Origin: Octopus bimaculoides
Lineage: Eukaryota
NCBI RefSeq assembly: GCF_001194135.2
Contig: NC_068981.1
Location: 78,216,045 to 78,280,044 of the forward strand
Length of the DNA stretch: 64,000 bases
Direction of reading: 5' to 3'
Shown piece by piece: positions 25,137 through 37,738 of this stretch. A program made the position numbers and the translations under genes. Numbering within the stretch: the first letter of the stretch is position 1; every line of letters starts with the position of its first letter. Under the pieces are notes generated by a model. It searched no databases, had not been told where the DNA came from, and saw nothing but the letters and a program-made list of their open reading frames with translations.

Positions 25137-27204
25137 AGCAAAGGAGGAATGTAAATGAAGAATTAGTGTCAGTTCAGAAAAGAATAACTTTTGCAATTTG
25201 AGAAGATAAAGCAGAGAAAGGTGTTTTTTACTCATGGAATTAAGGAATTTGTGTCAGGGAATATTCTTTTAATGAGGGCTGTTTACACCTGGGTACAATC
25301 TCTAAAGGCTATGGTTACTAAGTAAAGAAAAGCTTTGATACAAACAACTGAAGAAAATCCTTGTTACTGCCTAATTTTAAATTTTGTTTCTATTGAGTAA
25401 AACATCTCCTACTGTTACGAGCTTGTCTGTGAAGTTTAAAAGCAGTGAGGTTATTATTGCTTCTTCTGCTTTAATTTATTTTTATTACAACTGTTGTGAT
25501 ATCAAAGACTGTATATTTTCATTTGCTTTGTGTTCAATTCCTCATAATTATGTCTGTTAACTCTCCATCCCTCCAACCACCAGCTCTCTTTTTACTGATA
25601 TTTATCTACGAGAAAAATGAAAATATGGCAAATGATTGGTGCCAAATTGTGCTAGTGAGAGGAAGAATTTCTAGAGTTAAACTAAATATAAGATCACACT
25701 ATAAAATATGAGATGTTTACAGAGTTGATTGCTGATGAGATTAATAATTTACTACAATAATCTACCTTATATCACTTTTGATGCAGGTGCCATCATCTTA
25801 ACTATGACTGGCTTCTATGTCTGGTTTATTTATTCAGTATAGCAACTATTATTCTATTACTGTTCTTTCACTAAATCTCTTACTAGACAAAATTACATAA
25901 ATTAAGACATTTCTGCCACTTACATGAATATCTATCAGTTTAAATTGTTTGCTTAATTCTATTTTTTAATTTCTTTACAGCTTTTTTTTCATCATTATAT
26001 TATTATGTCGTGTATTTCAAAACTAAAATTATATTTGATATAACATAAGATGTAACATGTGTTTTACTTATTATGATAGTAATTACAACTATAAAAAAAA
26101 AAAAACAATCTTAAAAAAAATGTAGATTTAATTGCATCATTTTTTTAAATAAGTTACCATTATCAGTAATATGATTTCCAATATATGAAATGTGGCCTGG
26201 TGATACCCTGTGATGTCTTAGTCTCTGTATACTAATGAAACAGAAATAGGTTTCCATTCATGTCTGAGCTAAGTATCATTTCTTACAATGACATATGTCC
26301 ATAAATTTGTAAAGGGGATGTATAATACATTACTAGTATGTTAGAAACCAGCAGAAGAATGAAAGAAAATTTTCATCCCAGGAGGATTTTTATTCTGAAT
26401 GTAAAGTGACATGCCTAAATATTACATGATATTTAATCTGCCTTAACACTTATTCTACCATACCACCAACCTTTTTTAAATGTTTGTACTCACAAACTGA
26501 GTAATATTTTTATGTTTGGTTTTCTAGAAATAACAGCTGAATCTTTTCAAATAAAACCTCACGCTCTTAAATAAGAAAGGGCATTGAATAATATAGTACT
26601 AGATACCCGAAAAAAAGCAACGAGTGTCCAAGCCTGAATGTCTTTGATTATAGGTTTGTTGTATAGAGTTGATTTTTAAGAACTGAAGAACCATAATCTT
26701 TGTATTGTTCTAATACTGTTTGTAGCTAGGTAACTGTAATCATGCTGGAGCATCACACTTGAAAGAACACCATTTCATCAATTACATTAGCAAGACAAAG
26801 AGGGATGGAGAAGTCTAGTCATTGAACTTAACATAACATTTTACTAATCACAGAAGTTAAAATGCCAAGTCAACTTAGATAAGATTTGAACACCAGGATA
26901 TAAAAAGACAAAACTAATCACTGAATTACTTTTAATGTGGCATTTACTGTTACTACTGAGCAAAACAAATGAATTATGATAATTTTGCTTTCTAACACTG
27001 GGACAAGTTTATCATAAATTTCGTTATAGTGACTGTGTCATCTCCATTGAATCTGTGGTTTTGTTTTATCAAATCTGAAGTGATGAAATATAAAATAGGA
27101 TACCACTAGGATTTGAATTCAGAACCTAACAGAAGAATATGAGATACTGATAGGTCTTTAGTCTTGCACTTCATTTCTATCATTGCTAATATTGATATAT
27201 AACC

Positions 27205-27360
27205 TTCATTAAATAGTTATAATAGCAAGACATAGAATAAATAATGTTCATTAAATTGTAATAATAGCAAGGCATGTCATAAATAATGTTCATTAACTAG
27301 TCATAATAGGAAGATATATATATTAAATAGTAATAATACAAAGCATGTAATAAATAAAAT
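27205..27360. repeat. Degenerate minisatellite, about 42-bp unit, about 3.5 copies
   Basis: TTCATTAAATAGTTATAATAGCAAGACATAGAATAAATAATG / TTCATTAAATTGTAATAATAGCAAGGCATGTCATAAATAATG / TTCATTAACTAGTCATAATAGG... Confidence 0.8.
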
Positions 27361-28399
27361 GGAAGATAATACAACATTTATGTTATGTTGTGTATCAGGA
27401 AAAGCTATTGTTCCTTACTCAAAATACAAACTCCCAAATGGTTGAATTGGAATTATTAGCACCAAATAATATTTAGTGGTCTCATGTAAATGGATATAAT
27501 TCTAGTTGTGGTCAGTGAAAGCATTAGCTAGAGATAATCTCACTCACAATCATTTTACAAACAATTCTGTTGATTCTATTTTGGAGGGGAAAATGTCTAG
27601 CAATTGTAATTTTCAGAGATTGTACTGTATGTATAGAAATCAGGAAAATATGGTATCACTCAGTGACTGTTGCAACATCGATAACGAAATTCTTTGTTCG
27701 CTCATTGATTTTAAAACATTATATTATGTTGGACATTAGTTTTGTGAGTCGCATAAGCTCACATGGGCTGAAAGACTATTAAATATTTAGTTTATACATT
27801 GGATAGTTTACAAATGAGTACATTTGAATGTGTCTGATGAGTAATGGCCTTGTTATATGGTACAACACATTTTTTTTTAATGATAGTAACTGACAGTAGA
27901 CCATTGGAGATTAAGCTTATGTTAGTCACTATATTTTATTGTGATTCATACTTTGTCCAAAAATGATTTGAGTAAATATTGCTACAAGAGAGTAAAGTGT
28001 AGAATGTATATCTCTTGCAGTTTGGGTGGATGGCATATAATCCTTTCTAAGTTTGGCATCTATTCAGGAATATTTTAGGTCAGTGTATTTTATTTCTGAC
28101 ATGTAACTATTAAACTAATTGACTTTTCGGGAATTCCATTTACAAAAAAAAAGAATAATAAATAAATAAAATAAAATAAAAAAATAATGATAATTTTATT
28201 TATTTATTTATTATTTGCTAAAATGTTATGTGATTGGAGTATAATTTGTCCATAGATTTCAAGGGAGAATCAGCATTTAGCCTATTGGTATAGTTACTAG
28301 GCTGTCAACAACCAAGAACGATCAATTACAAACTTGAAATAGGAATGATTTAAGAATTTTATGATGAATAAATATAATGAAATCTCAGATTTTTTTTTT

Positions 28400-29580
28400 T
28401 ATATCTAGTTTCAGCTCACAAGTTGCTACATAATTTTACATCATGAATGCTTTTTAGGAATTGACATTTGGTGCATAAGGGAGTTTGATGCCGCTGCCCT
28501 CATCTGCACCTCCTACCGCAAAATTGGTTCATCTAGGACACTTGACAGGAAGAGGTCCAGCTTTATTTTGAAGACACCTACATCCACCCCATGCAGGTCT
28601 TTCAGGTCTCTTCGGGAGGATATTGAAGAGCTGTGGACCTCTGAAGCCTAGGCTATTGCAGTATCTTGTCCTACATCTTGCTAGGACTCGCTTACATACT
28701 TTTAGAAGGATTGCTGGGAATTCATCAGGGCCAGTAGCTGAGTTTGGGTTCATTTCATCTATAGCCCTTATTACATCATCTTCCTTTATATTGATGTAAT
28801 CGATCATCACTGCCTCTGTTTTTATATCTGGAGTGGTAAAAAAAAAGTCAGTTGGATTGCTGACTTGCAGGTGTCCTAGTGGTGGAGTGAAAATACTTTT
28901 GAATTGCTCATTTAGTATTTCACTTATCCTCATTGGGTTTCCTGTGAGTGTACCATCTTTTTCAAAGAGTGGCCCTATCCTGCAGTGCACTGAAGCTGTT
29001 TCTTTGGCAAATTTTGGACAGCTCTTGGGTTAGATTTTATATTGTCTATAGCCCAGGCTTCTTTGTCTGCTCTTTCTTTTTCATGGGAGAGTTACAAATT
29101 TTTTTCAATCTCCAGCAGTTGTATTTTCAGGCGGGACTTTTCACTACTTTAAATTTGTTTGTTTAGGCGATTTGAAACTTTTGTACGCTGTCTCATAAGA
29201 ATTTTCCTCTCCCTGGGGATTTTGTTCTTGTGTACAGTGGCCTTTCTCTCCGGGACACATTTGTAGCATATGGCTTGCATTACAGACATGAATTGTTGAA
29301 GTTTCATGTCGGTGTCCGGTGAGGAGAGACATTTAGGCCAGTTTTGTTTGAGGATCTCTTTCTCAATTTATTTCCAGTTTGACTTATGAAAGTTCAAGCT
29401 GGAAAGATGCTGAGAGTTTCTTGTAGGCTGCATGTCCATGGTTTCTTTTGGTCCGTACATGGTCAGCTCTACCATATTGTGATCCAAGAGTAGTGTCACT
29501 TACACATTATGGATGAGATCCATATTATTTGTGAAGCAGAGATCCAGTATGTTACCTGCCCTGGTTGGTTGGAGTACTAT
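28400..29580 (-). mobile_element. CR1/L2-type LINE fragment: endonuclease C-terminus and linker joined to the ORF2 C-terminus and 3' UTR
   Basis: Minus strand PTRAGNILDLCFTNN...LDHNMVEL (APE C-terminus), SLNFHKSNWK, AIDNIKSNP, IGPLFEKDG...ISEILNEQFKSIFT, KEDDVIRAIDEMNPNSATGPDEFPAILLKVCKRVLAR, then directly RYCNSLGFRGPQLFNILPK (post-RT C-terminal motif); tail GAGCTGAAACTAGATAT(A)n. Confidence 0.9.
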
Positions 29581-29962
29581 TTAACATCGATTTTCCATGC
29601 CAGCATGATTTGTATAGTTTGACAGGATTCAGTGAGTCACCAGGCTGCATCATGCTCCATGCCAACTTTATTTGTGGTTACTATGGCTGAATGACCTTTT
29701 CTATTACCAATCACTTTAGATTGTGTACTAGGTGCTTTTTTTCATGCAACTGACACTAGTAGAGGTTGACAAGTAACTTGCAAGATAGGAGACAAAAAGT
29801 AAAGGAGGAAAATGGAAAAGCCCACTTGACTAAGTGGGGTGGGGAGTATTTGAGAGACTGTAGAAGTGATTTTATGTTAGGGACAAGCAGAGGTGTATTG
29901 CTATAGATAAGCTACATAGCTACCTAATATTTATATAAGGTTGGGTAGGATATATATATATA

Positions 29963-30089
29963 TATTAATATTTGGCAGAAGTAATGGAGTGTCTCCAGAG
30001 CCGAGGGTTTCATGTGTTGGCACTTATCAAACCAATATGCAAAACTCTCAGCCCTTAACTCACTCTGTTACTTCTGCCAAATATTAATA
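29963..30089. mobile_element. MITE-like element (127 bp) with 29-bp terminal inverted repeats
   Basis: Left TATTAATATTTGGCAGAAGTAATGGAGTG (29963-29991); the reverse complement of the right end (30061-30089) is TATTAATATTTGGCAGAAGTAACAGAGTG (27/29 match); sits in TA-rich flanks. Confidence 0.85.
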
Positions 30090-30934
30090 AATATATAAGT
30101 TTTCAGTACTATTTTTCTTGTTTGCATCACCAACCTATACACACACACACACACACACACAAACACACACATGCGCGCGCACATTTTTCTTGTAATTGGT
30201 CAAGTTCTTAAGGTAAGAAAACACTTGAAACATCAAACTTGTATATAATGTGAGACTAATTTTACATTATCTTTCATGGTCAGAGATATGCAATGGACTT
30301 TGCTCAAAAAATCTGATATCTCTTTCCCAATATTTTGATGAACGGAGACGATATGGAATAGACTTCTGCCCAGAAGCCATGCGCAGGAATTCCAATACCT
30401 TATCAATTCAATCATCTTGCATCCATTTTAATTATCTCAGGTGGTCTATTACCACAATAGCATTCCTGTCTGGACAATTATACCATGTGAATGCATATAG
30501 GCTTATCACACACAACAGAAACTGGTGACACTAATGTGTAGTAGCTAAGGCTTTTAAAAAAAGTATTTATTATTCATGTAAGAATTTCTTCCTTTCCTGG
30601 CAGATTCTATAACTACATGGGGTTCACCTTCTCTAACTTGGTTGTTATAGAAGTACATCTCTCTATTAAATAGGGATGGAACTTGTAGAAATGTAAGTAA
30701 TTGCCTATTACCAAAAAGGTATTGAGTTTTTTCTGTAATGTCTGACAACTGGTAGAGTTCTAGTTGCATCAAAATTCATTAGAGATTGTTAGTATTAAAA
30801 TATGTATCACTTCACTAAACAAAGATATGTATATAGTGCTACATTTTATAGTATCCATGACAGTCGTAAATAATACACACACACACATACATTTATGATT
30901 GTATGATTAAGGTATGATTGTATGATTAAGGTAC

Positions 30935-31060
30935 GATTGTATGGTTAAGAAGTTTACTTCTCAACCACTTGGTTTTAGGTTCAGTCCCATTATGATTTTA
31001 ATATAGTCCTAAGGCAGCCAAAAACTTGTAAGTGAATTTGGTAAATAGAAGCTGAAAGAA
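30935..31060 (+). mobile_element. SINE H2 head preceded by a short tandem duplication
   Basis: GATTGTATGGTTAAGAAGTTTACTTCTCAACCAC...GGTTCAGTCCCA...CTTGTAAGTGAATTTGGTAAATAGAAGCTGAAAGAA; upstream, GTATGATTGTATGATTAAG is repeated. Confidence 0.7.
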
Positions 31061-33829
31061 TACATACATGCTTGCATGCATGCATACATACATACATACA
31101 TACAAACATACATACATACATACATATTGTTTTTGCATCCACTTTCTTATGCTGACACATGTACATGCAAACACAAACACACACACACACAAACACGCAC
31201 ACACACATACATGTATAATCTGCATGTTTTTAGAGTGAGTTCTGCCAGGATCTGCTCACACGTTTTTGTAATTTATGCCCCAACAAACTTCTCTTTCTGG
31301 CTAAGCATACTCACAGCCTCCTTCATATGCAGATAACATTGCAATCACTTCCTCACCCCATTTTCCAGGCAGAACTGTACAGCTACTCTAACACATCAAC
31401 CAATTTGAAACATAGCTCCAAACAAAATGACTAAAAGAGGTACCTGCAGAATCCACCATCTTCTTTTGAATCAGTGAAAGAGCCCCTATTTGACCACTCA
31501 ACCTGGTAGAAGTAACAGTAAAGTCTTCCTCGAATCACACCCTGCCATCTTAAATGAAGGACGGTTGCATAGGATAATGTTGTCTGTCACACTCTATGAC
31601 TAGGAAAAAATAAATAATGGGATGATCATGCTTGGAATGCCTTTGATCACAGGTTTGCTCAATCAAGGCTGACAACAGCAATCTCTCTTTGTTCTAGCAA
31701 CAATTGAAGACCATCAGATACAACCGAACCTCACACTCAACAATGTAAGCATACCCCCACTGCACACACACACACAGACATACAGATACTAGAATTTACA
31801 TATATTCACACCAACATTCATCTACAATACCCACAGTACACATAGAGAGAAAATAGTAATGAAAACAAACTAATGTAAAACATATTTAAGAGCACTCGCA
31901 TGCACCACATTTCAACAACACAAAGAAGCAACAATGCCAGAGTTTAAATAATATATTAGATTCACGGTGGATTATGTCAGTCCTACAATATATTTCAACC
32001 CAATATATCTCAACAGCAAACTACAAACAACACAAAATAGCATACTTCACACAGACCTCACTCACAGATAACCTACACATGAAACAAAAAAAAAATACTT
32101 AACATGAAAGACCACCAGGACATATGCAAAGAGAGGAGGCTGTGTTGTTACAGCAAGCTTCAACTGTCACACTACCTGTCATTACTTGTATAATCTACTC
32201 CAAACACCCAGAACAATACTGCAGTGCTATCATAAAATTATCATCCCCCATTCTCTTCAAACAGAAAGGCCTCAAACACAAAATTAATGATGTTCTTGAT
32301 GTTGCTACTATTTTTTTGCTGCTGGGATATAGATACACCAAAGATATAAGTACACCTCTGCCTAAGATATGTCCAGCTTTGATTGTGTCCACATTTCCCC
32401 TTCCTATTCTGGCCACTACTACATTCATGCACAAACAGATTAGACAGGCGAACAAATAAGTCTAGACTTGCACACTATACCTCATAATATACACCATTGC
32501 ATGTCAGAATGCACAGTATGGTCTTCATTTAAGCAGAGTCATAGTGTGCAGATTGTATATAGCCACATATCATATGTCTGCTTGGTCAGGGTTGACCTAG
32601 GATTAAATATCAACATCTTACCATCAAGGCCATTGAGAGTTAAGAGTGTAGGTCAGAGATGGGGAATGCTTTTATGTTGAACAGCCACATTGAAGTTAAC
32701 TTCTAAACATGGCTACATTTCACAAATATTTTTATACAAAGCTAAATTTGTTATTTTATAAAATTCATAAATCACTAACAAAATGTAAAAAAAAAATAGA
32801 AGCAATGTGTAGGCATAAGCACTCCTAGCATGACCATTTTTTAAAAAACAACTCTTGATTTCAGTGTTTTGAATATAGAATTACAATAATTACTTTAAAC
32901 AACTATAAAGAAAAATAGGTGTTTCTAAAATCTGCAATTAGTTGAATAGACTGCCTTTAAACAAAACTAAATCAACAGAAATATAATGATTTTTTTCCCT
33001 CCCATACTTAAACTGTTAGAAAGCCACAGGGACCCCCGGCTGTTATAGTATTGCTATAGAATAGAAACCACTTGTCATCTGCTAACCAGTTCAATGGTGG
33101 TAGCCCATTGTACTTCTCACTATAACATAGTCTTCCATACTTTTCAACATTAAAACCGCTGAACAATAAAGAAGACCTACAGCCACAATGATGACATCAG
33201 TAATGCTTTCTGATTTAAGTACAAGGCTACCAGTTTTGAGCGGATGGAATCTCAGTTGATTCTGTTGACCGACAGTATTCAATTGGTTCTTTATTTTTTG
33301 AACCCCCAAAAGGAATGAAGGTATAATAATAAGAAATTCTTCTTAACTTTCTTCTTGTATCAAATCTTTAATATTTTTGTGTTAATCTTTTATTTATTTT
33401 TTTTTTCAAAAAAACAATGTCTATGGCTATTGTTTCAGATTATAAATGTTAAACGGTTATTTAGTCTAAGATCTCCGGCTCTCAGAAAGACACATACGCA
33501 GCAATTTGACATACAACACTGAAGCAATTATTTGTACACACTCCAGTTATCTTGGCTTTACCCACTCTCGTAGCTTTTTATATCTAGAGGAAATATTTTA
33601 ATCTTAGCTGCTTGCTAGAGTTCTTCATTTTGATACGGAATATTTTTGAATGTCAACTTAATTCACTGCATGGCATTTCAAAATACTCTCATCCTGGTCA
33701 GCATTTATTCTTCTGGCTATCTAGTTTCTTTTAAATTGATTCTGATGGTTACAATCCATTTTGAAAGTACTACATCTGTCAGTGTTACCTGGATACTCAT
33801 TATTATCACTACTTCCATTCCATCACTTC

Positions 33830-33921
33830 TTTCTCTTTGTCTATCAATTTGCCTGTCTGTCTCTCTCTCTCTCATTCTGTCTGTCTGCCTCTCTCTCTCT
33901 CTCTCCCTTTCTGTCTCTCTC

Positions 33922-33957
<36 letters not shown>

Positions 33958-34352
33958 GCATTGTTTTTCTCCAGCTCACTTCTACTTTGTCTCTTCTTAC
34001 TTCTATATTTTCCCCATTTCCCCACACATTCTCTCCTTTTCCATGGTTCTCTCTCTCACTTCTTTTTCCTCTTCCTCTCTTTCTTCCCTTTCTCTCCTCT
34101 CTCCCACTGACCTTTCTCTCCTCCCTCTCACATCCTTCTCTTTCTCCTCCTCCCCTGTCACTCTCTCGCTTCACTCACTCTTCTTTCTCCTCACTTGCTT
34201 TTCTCTCTTCCCTCTCACTTTCCTCCTTTTGTCCTGTCTCCTATTTATCACTCTCCTGACTTTTCTGCTCTTTCACCCTCTCTCTCTCTCCCTCTAAATC
34301 TACCTCTCTTATGCAATACTCTTACTTTCTTACCCAACTTCTCCTCTCACTA

Positions 34353-34391
<39 letters not shown>

Positions 34392-34440
34392 TCTTCTCCC
34401 CCTCCCCTTTGTCCACTCTTTCTCTCCATCTCTCTCTTGA
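33830..34440. repeat. About 600-bp polypyrimidine/polypurine (CT)n-rich tract
   Basis: Almost entirely C/T on the + strand; source of the L/S- and E/R-rich ORFs in the track. Confidence 0.95.
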
Positions 34441-35072
34441 AGACAAATTGATTCTGTCAACCAAATATTTTCCTCTGACCTTTTTAGCTTTACTTCAATT
34501 TTAATATCTCTCTCTGAACTAATGTTTTCTGATTGGAAACCCAACGTATTTTTAATCAGATCTAAGATCTTATTATATAGTATCTCTCTTCTTTTCCTTT
34601 TTTTTTTTATTTTTTTTTATTTTATTTTTTTTTTTTTGCCCAAATTCCCTATCCCTACCTTCCCATACAATAACCAATGTACGCAGCAGCAGGAACCATC
34701 AGTCAACTGTCTTTGATGAAATAGAAACTCTGCTGGATAAAAATGTTCGGTTATTTGTCAGAAATCTGACAAATGGATTGGATTGCAGGTTTTAGATGCA
34801 AGTGTTTTGATGCTGCAACAGTTTTGTTTCAGTCTTGATTCTTGTTTGCTGCTGCTGCTGTTGTTGTTGTTGTTGTTGTTGTTGTTGTATTCATCTTTGT
34901 TGTTGTTGCTGCTGCTGCCACTGCTGTTTTTGTTGTTGCTTGTATTTATTTATTTAATGAAACCAAGACTATATTTGATGTGGTTCCATTGGTAAATCAG
35001 AAGTGAACTAGTAAAAAGAACTTTTGTTTTCTTTTGCAGACGTTTGGGATCCATTGCTATATGCTTATTTTT

Positions 35073-35235
35073 TTATTGATTTATATATTTATTTGTTTAT
35101 ATATACTTATTTTTTATTTATTTATTTATTTGTTTATATATACTTATTTTTTATTTATTTATATATTTATTTGTTTATATATACTTATTTTTTATTTATT
35201 TATATATTTATTTGTTTATATATATTTATTTATTT
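35073..35235. repeat. T-rich minisatellite, about 40-45-bp unit, about 4 copies
   Basis: TTTATATATTTATTTGTTTATATATACTTATTTTTTATTTA recurs in tandem. Confidence 0.85.
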
Positions 35236-35489
35236 TGATCAAAATCAATGATTGCTTAAATACATGGTATACATTAGTGTTCCCTAGGATACTTAACTGA
35301 GTGACGGATGGGTAACTAATAAGACATGCCATGTCTGCTAATGTAGTTTTGTTTAAATGGAATTCAAACAACCTCTCCACCATTTTTGAGGGTTTTTTTT
35401 TTTTTAGCGGCAATGTAATTTTTTTTTGTTTTTTGGTTGTCCTGTTTGAATGTTTTTAGGCCTTCTCCTATACATTTCACATCTTTTGT

Positions 35490-35520
<31 letters not shown>

Positions 35521-36088
35521 ATTCTATATTGATGAAAACAAACCAACAAAGTAACTTCCATGCAGTTACTTTAGCTGCAAAAATAGCAACCATCTCCCCC
35601 TGATCGCATGGCACCATCTTTAAATAAAAGATGTATTGGACAGTGCAGCCATCAATAATCAAAGAGACCAAATGGCCATGGCCACAATGCCTTTGAGTAT
35701 AGATTTGTCTGATTAGAGCTGACCATGTGGGGATGGGGTGGGGCTAATCTACAGTGATTCTGCATTTGTTTTTATGCCTGTTTTTCCTTGTTAGCATGGG
35801 TTATGTGGATATATATTATGTAGGCATTGTTTTACAGCCAGATAGCTTTCCTGTTGCTAATTCTTACCTCCTGCTTTTCAAGTAGACACTCTTATTCTTC
35901 ACAGCTTGGAAAACACAGAACCAGCACACACGTTTTTGACAGGGAAATGACAACAAACTTTACTGCATGTAGCTCAGTAAACTTTTCATGCAAAATGCAC
36001 AGAATGCATACATTCACACTGACACATGCACACATGTATATGTACGTGTATGTATAATATATATATGTTAATATAATATATAGACCTA

Positions 36089-36172
<84 letters not shown>

Positions 36173-36348
36173 CACACCACGTATGTTTGAAAAGATTAAT
36201 TGAAAGTGTTCACACACACGAGGAAAAAAACTTCTTCCAAAATACTTTGTGACATTCTGATAAAAGATTTTATAACTTCTTTTAAAAATTAATTTTGAGA
36301 AACAATCCCCTTTATACTTAAAAACTGCATTAAATTTCACAGTGACTT

Positions 36349-36384
<36 letters not shown>

Positions 36385-36389
36385 TATAC

Positions 36390-37145
36390 TCATCAACAGT
36401 TCAAAAAGGTGTCCACAATGCACTTGGTACAAAGACAAGGGGAAGAAGAGTGTATGTGATAATCACAAGGAATAAACTTGTGCATAGCTGGAAAGATATT
36501 TGCAAGGGTGATCCTTAACTGCATCAATAAACATGTAATAAACAGCATATATCCTAAATCCAAATGTGAATTTCAAGCTGGGTAAAGTATAGTTGGTACG
36601 ATTTTTGCTCTCCATCAAGTTCAAGAGAAACAAAATAGTGATCTGTACATCGTCTTTGTTGACTTGGCCAAAGCCTTTGATACAGCGAATTGTGAGGTGC
36701 TCTGAAAAATTTTGTCAGAAAGTTGGTCCTCCTGATAAATTGATAAGGATGATAGTATCCCTGCAAAAAAGAATGATGGCAACAGTGATATCAAGTAGTC
36801 CATGTTTAGAGGTAACAGCATTTTCTGTTGCCACTGGAACCAAATAGGGCTTTAGCCCTTGTACTTTTTTCATATCCTTTTCAACGATTCTCCAACATGC
36901 TATCAGGGATTACCATGAAGGTATAAAATTCCAGTTTCACACAGAAGGAGGTTTACTAAACCTGAAAGGGCAACGTTTCAGATCAAAGAAAAAGACTAAG
37001 GCAGAGATTCTATGTGGCTTTCTGTTTGCTGATGATTGTGCTCTGATTTCTCATACATTTGAGAGAATTCAGGAAATGGTCAACAGGTTTGCAGCAGTAG
37101 CTTGTGCATTTGGGCTGACTATTAACATCAAGAAGACTGAAGTAT
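36390..37145 (+). mobile_element. RTE-clade LINE reverse-transcriptase fragment (disrupted)
   Basis: YKDKGKKSVCDNH...IAGKIFARVILN...KCEFQAG*SIVGTIFALHQVQEK...LYIVFVDLAKAFDT...GPPDKLIRMI...GGLLNLKGQRFRSKKK...GFLFADDCALISH...AFGLTINIKKTEV; RT core FADD motif with stops and frameshifts. Confidence 0.92.
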
Positions 37146-37329
37146 CGCTGGCCTTGAGTTTAAATTAGAAGCATTTAAACATGATGGATTTGAAGAATCA
37201 TTAGAGCATTGGGAAAAAAATGCCTTGTGGTTTTGCCTCTGCTTTTTCTTTACATTCTGGTTTCAAACTCCTGCCACCCCACCCAAAGTTCAGCTTTGTA
37301 CTTCATCCATCCAGTAAAAAAAAAGTAAA

Positions 37330-37576
37330 GCTCCTTTCCGAGTCATATAGACTTAAAGGAACGTTTTTTCCTGGTTTCCATGGCATGTACATTCCCCATC
37401 TGGATGGATGCCAGTCCATTGCAGGGTTACTCATTTTTGCCAGTTAAGTGGACTGGAGCAACATTAAATGAAGTGTTTTGCTCAAGAACATGACACGTTG
37501 CTCAATCCCAGAATCAAAACCATAATCTTATGATCACAAGTCCAACACCCTAACCACTAAGCCACATGCCTCCACA
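37330..37576 (-). mobile_element. tRNA-derived SINE (head H1)
   Basis: Collinear with 5524-5767: GCCAGTCCATTGCAGGGTTACTCATTTTTGCCAG...GTGTTTTGCTCAAGAACA...CCCTAACCACTAAGCCACATGCCTCCAC. Confidence 0.85.
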
Positions 37577-37692
37577 TCCATCCAGAGTCAATTAAACAAA
37601 GTACCAGTTAAGTATTGGAGTTGATGTAATAGACTAACCCACTTATCCACCTTTCAAAATTGCTGGCCTTGTGTCTAAATTAGAAACCATTG

Positions 37693-37738
<46 letters not shown>

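Noticed and set aside
30230-30530. Possible mariner-like fragment (NILMNGDDME..., FLSGQLYHVNAY)
   Set aside because: Motif similarity is too weak to call by eye.
33646-34297. 102-178 aa Leu/Ser-rich or Glu/Arg-rich ORFs
   Set aside because: Translations of the (CT)n tract.
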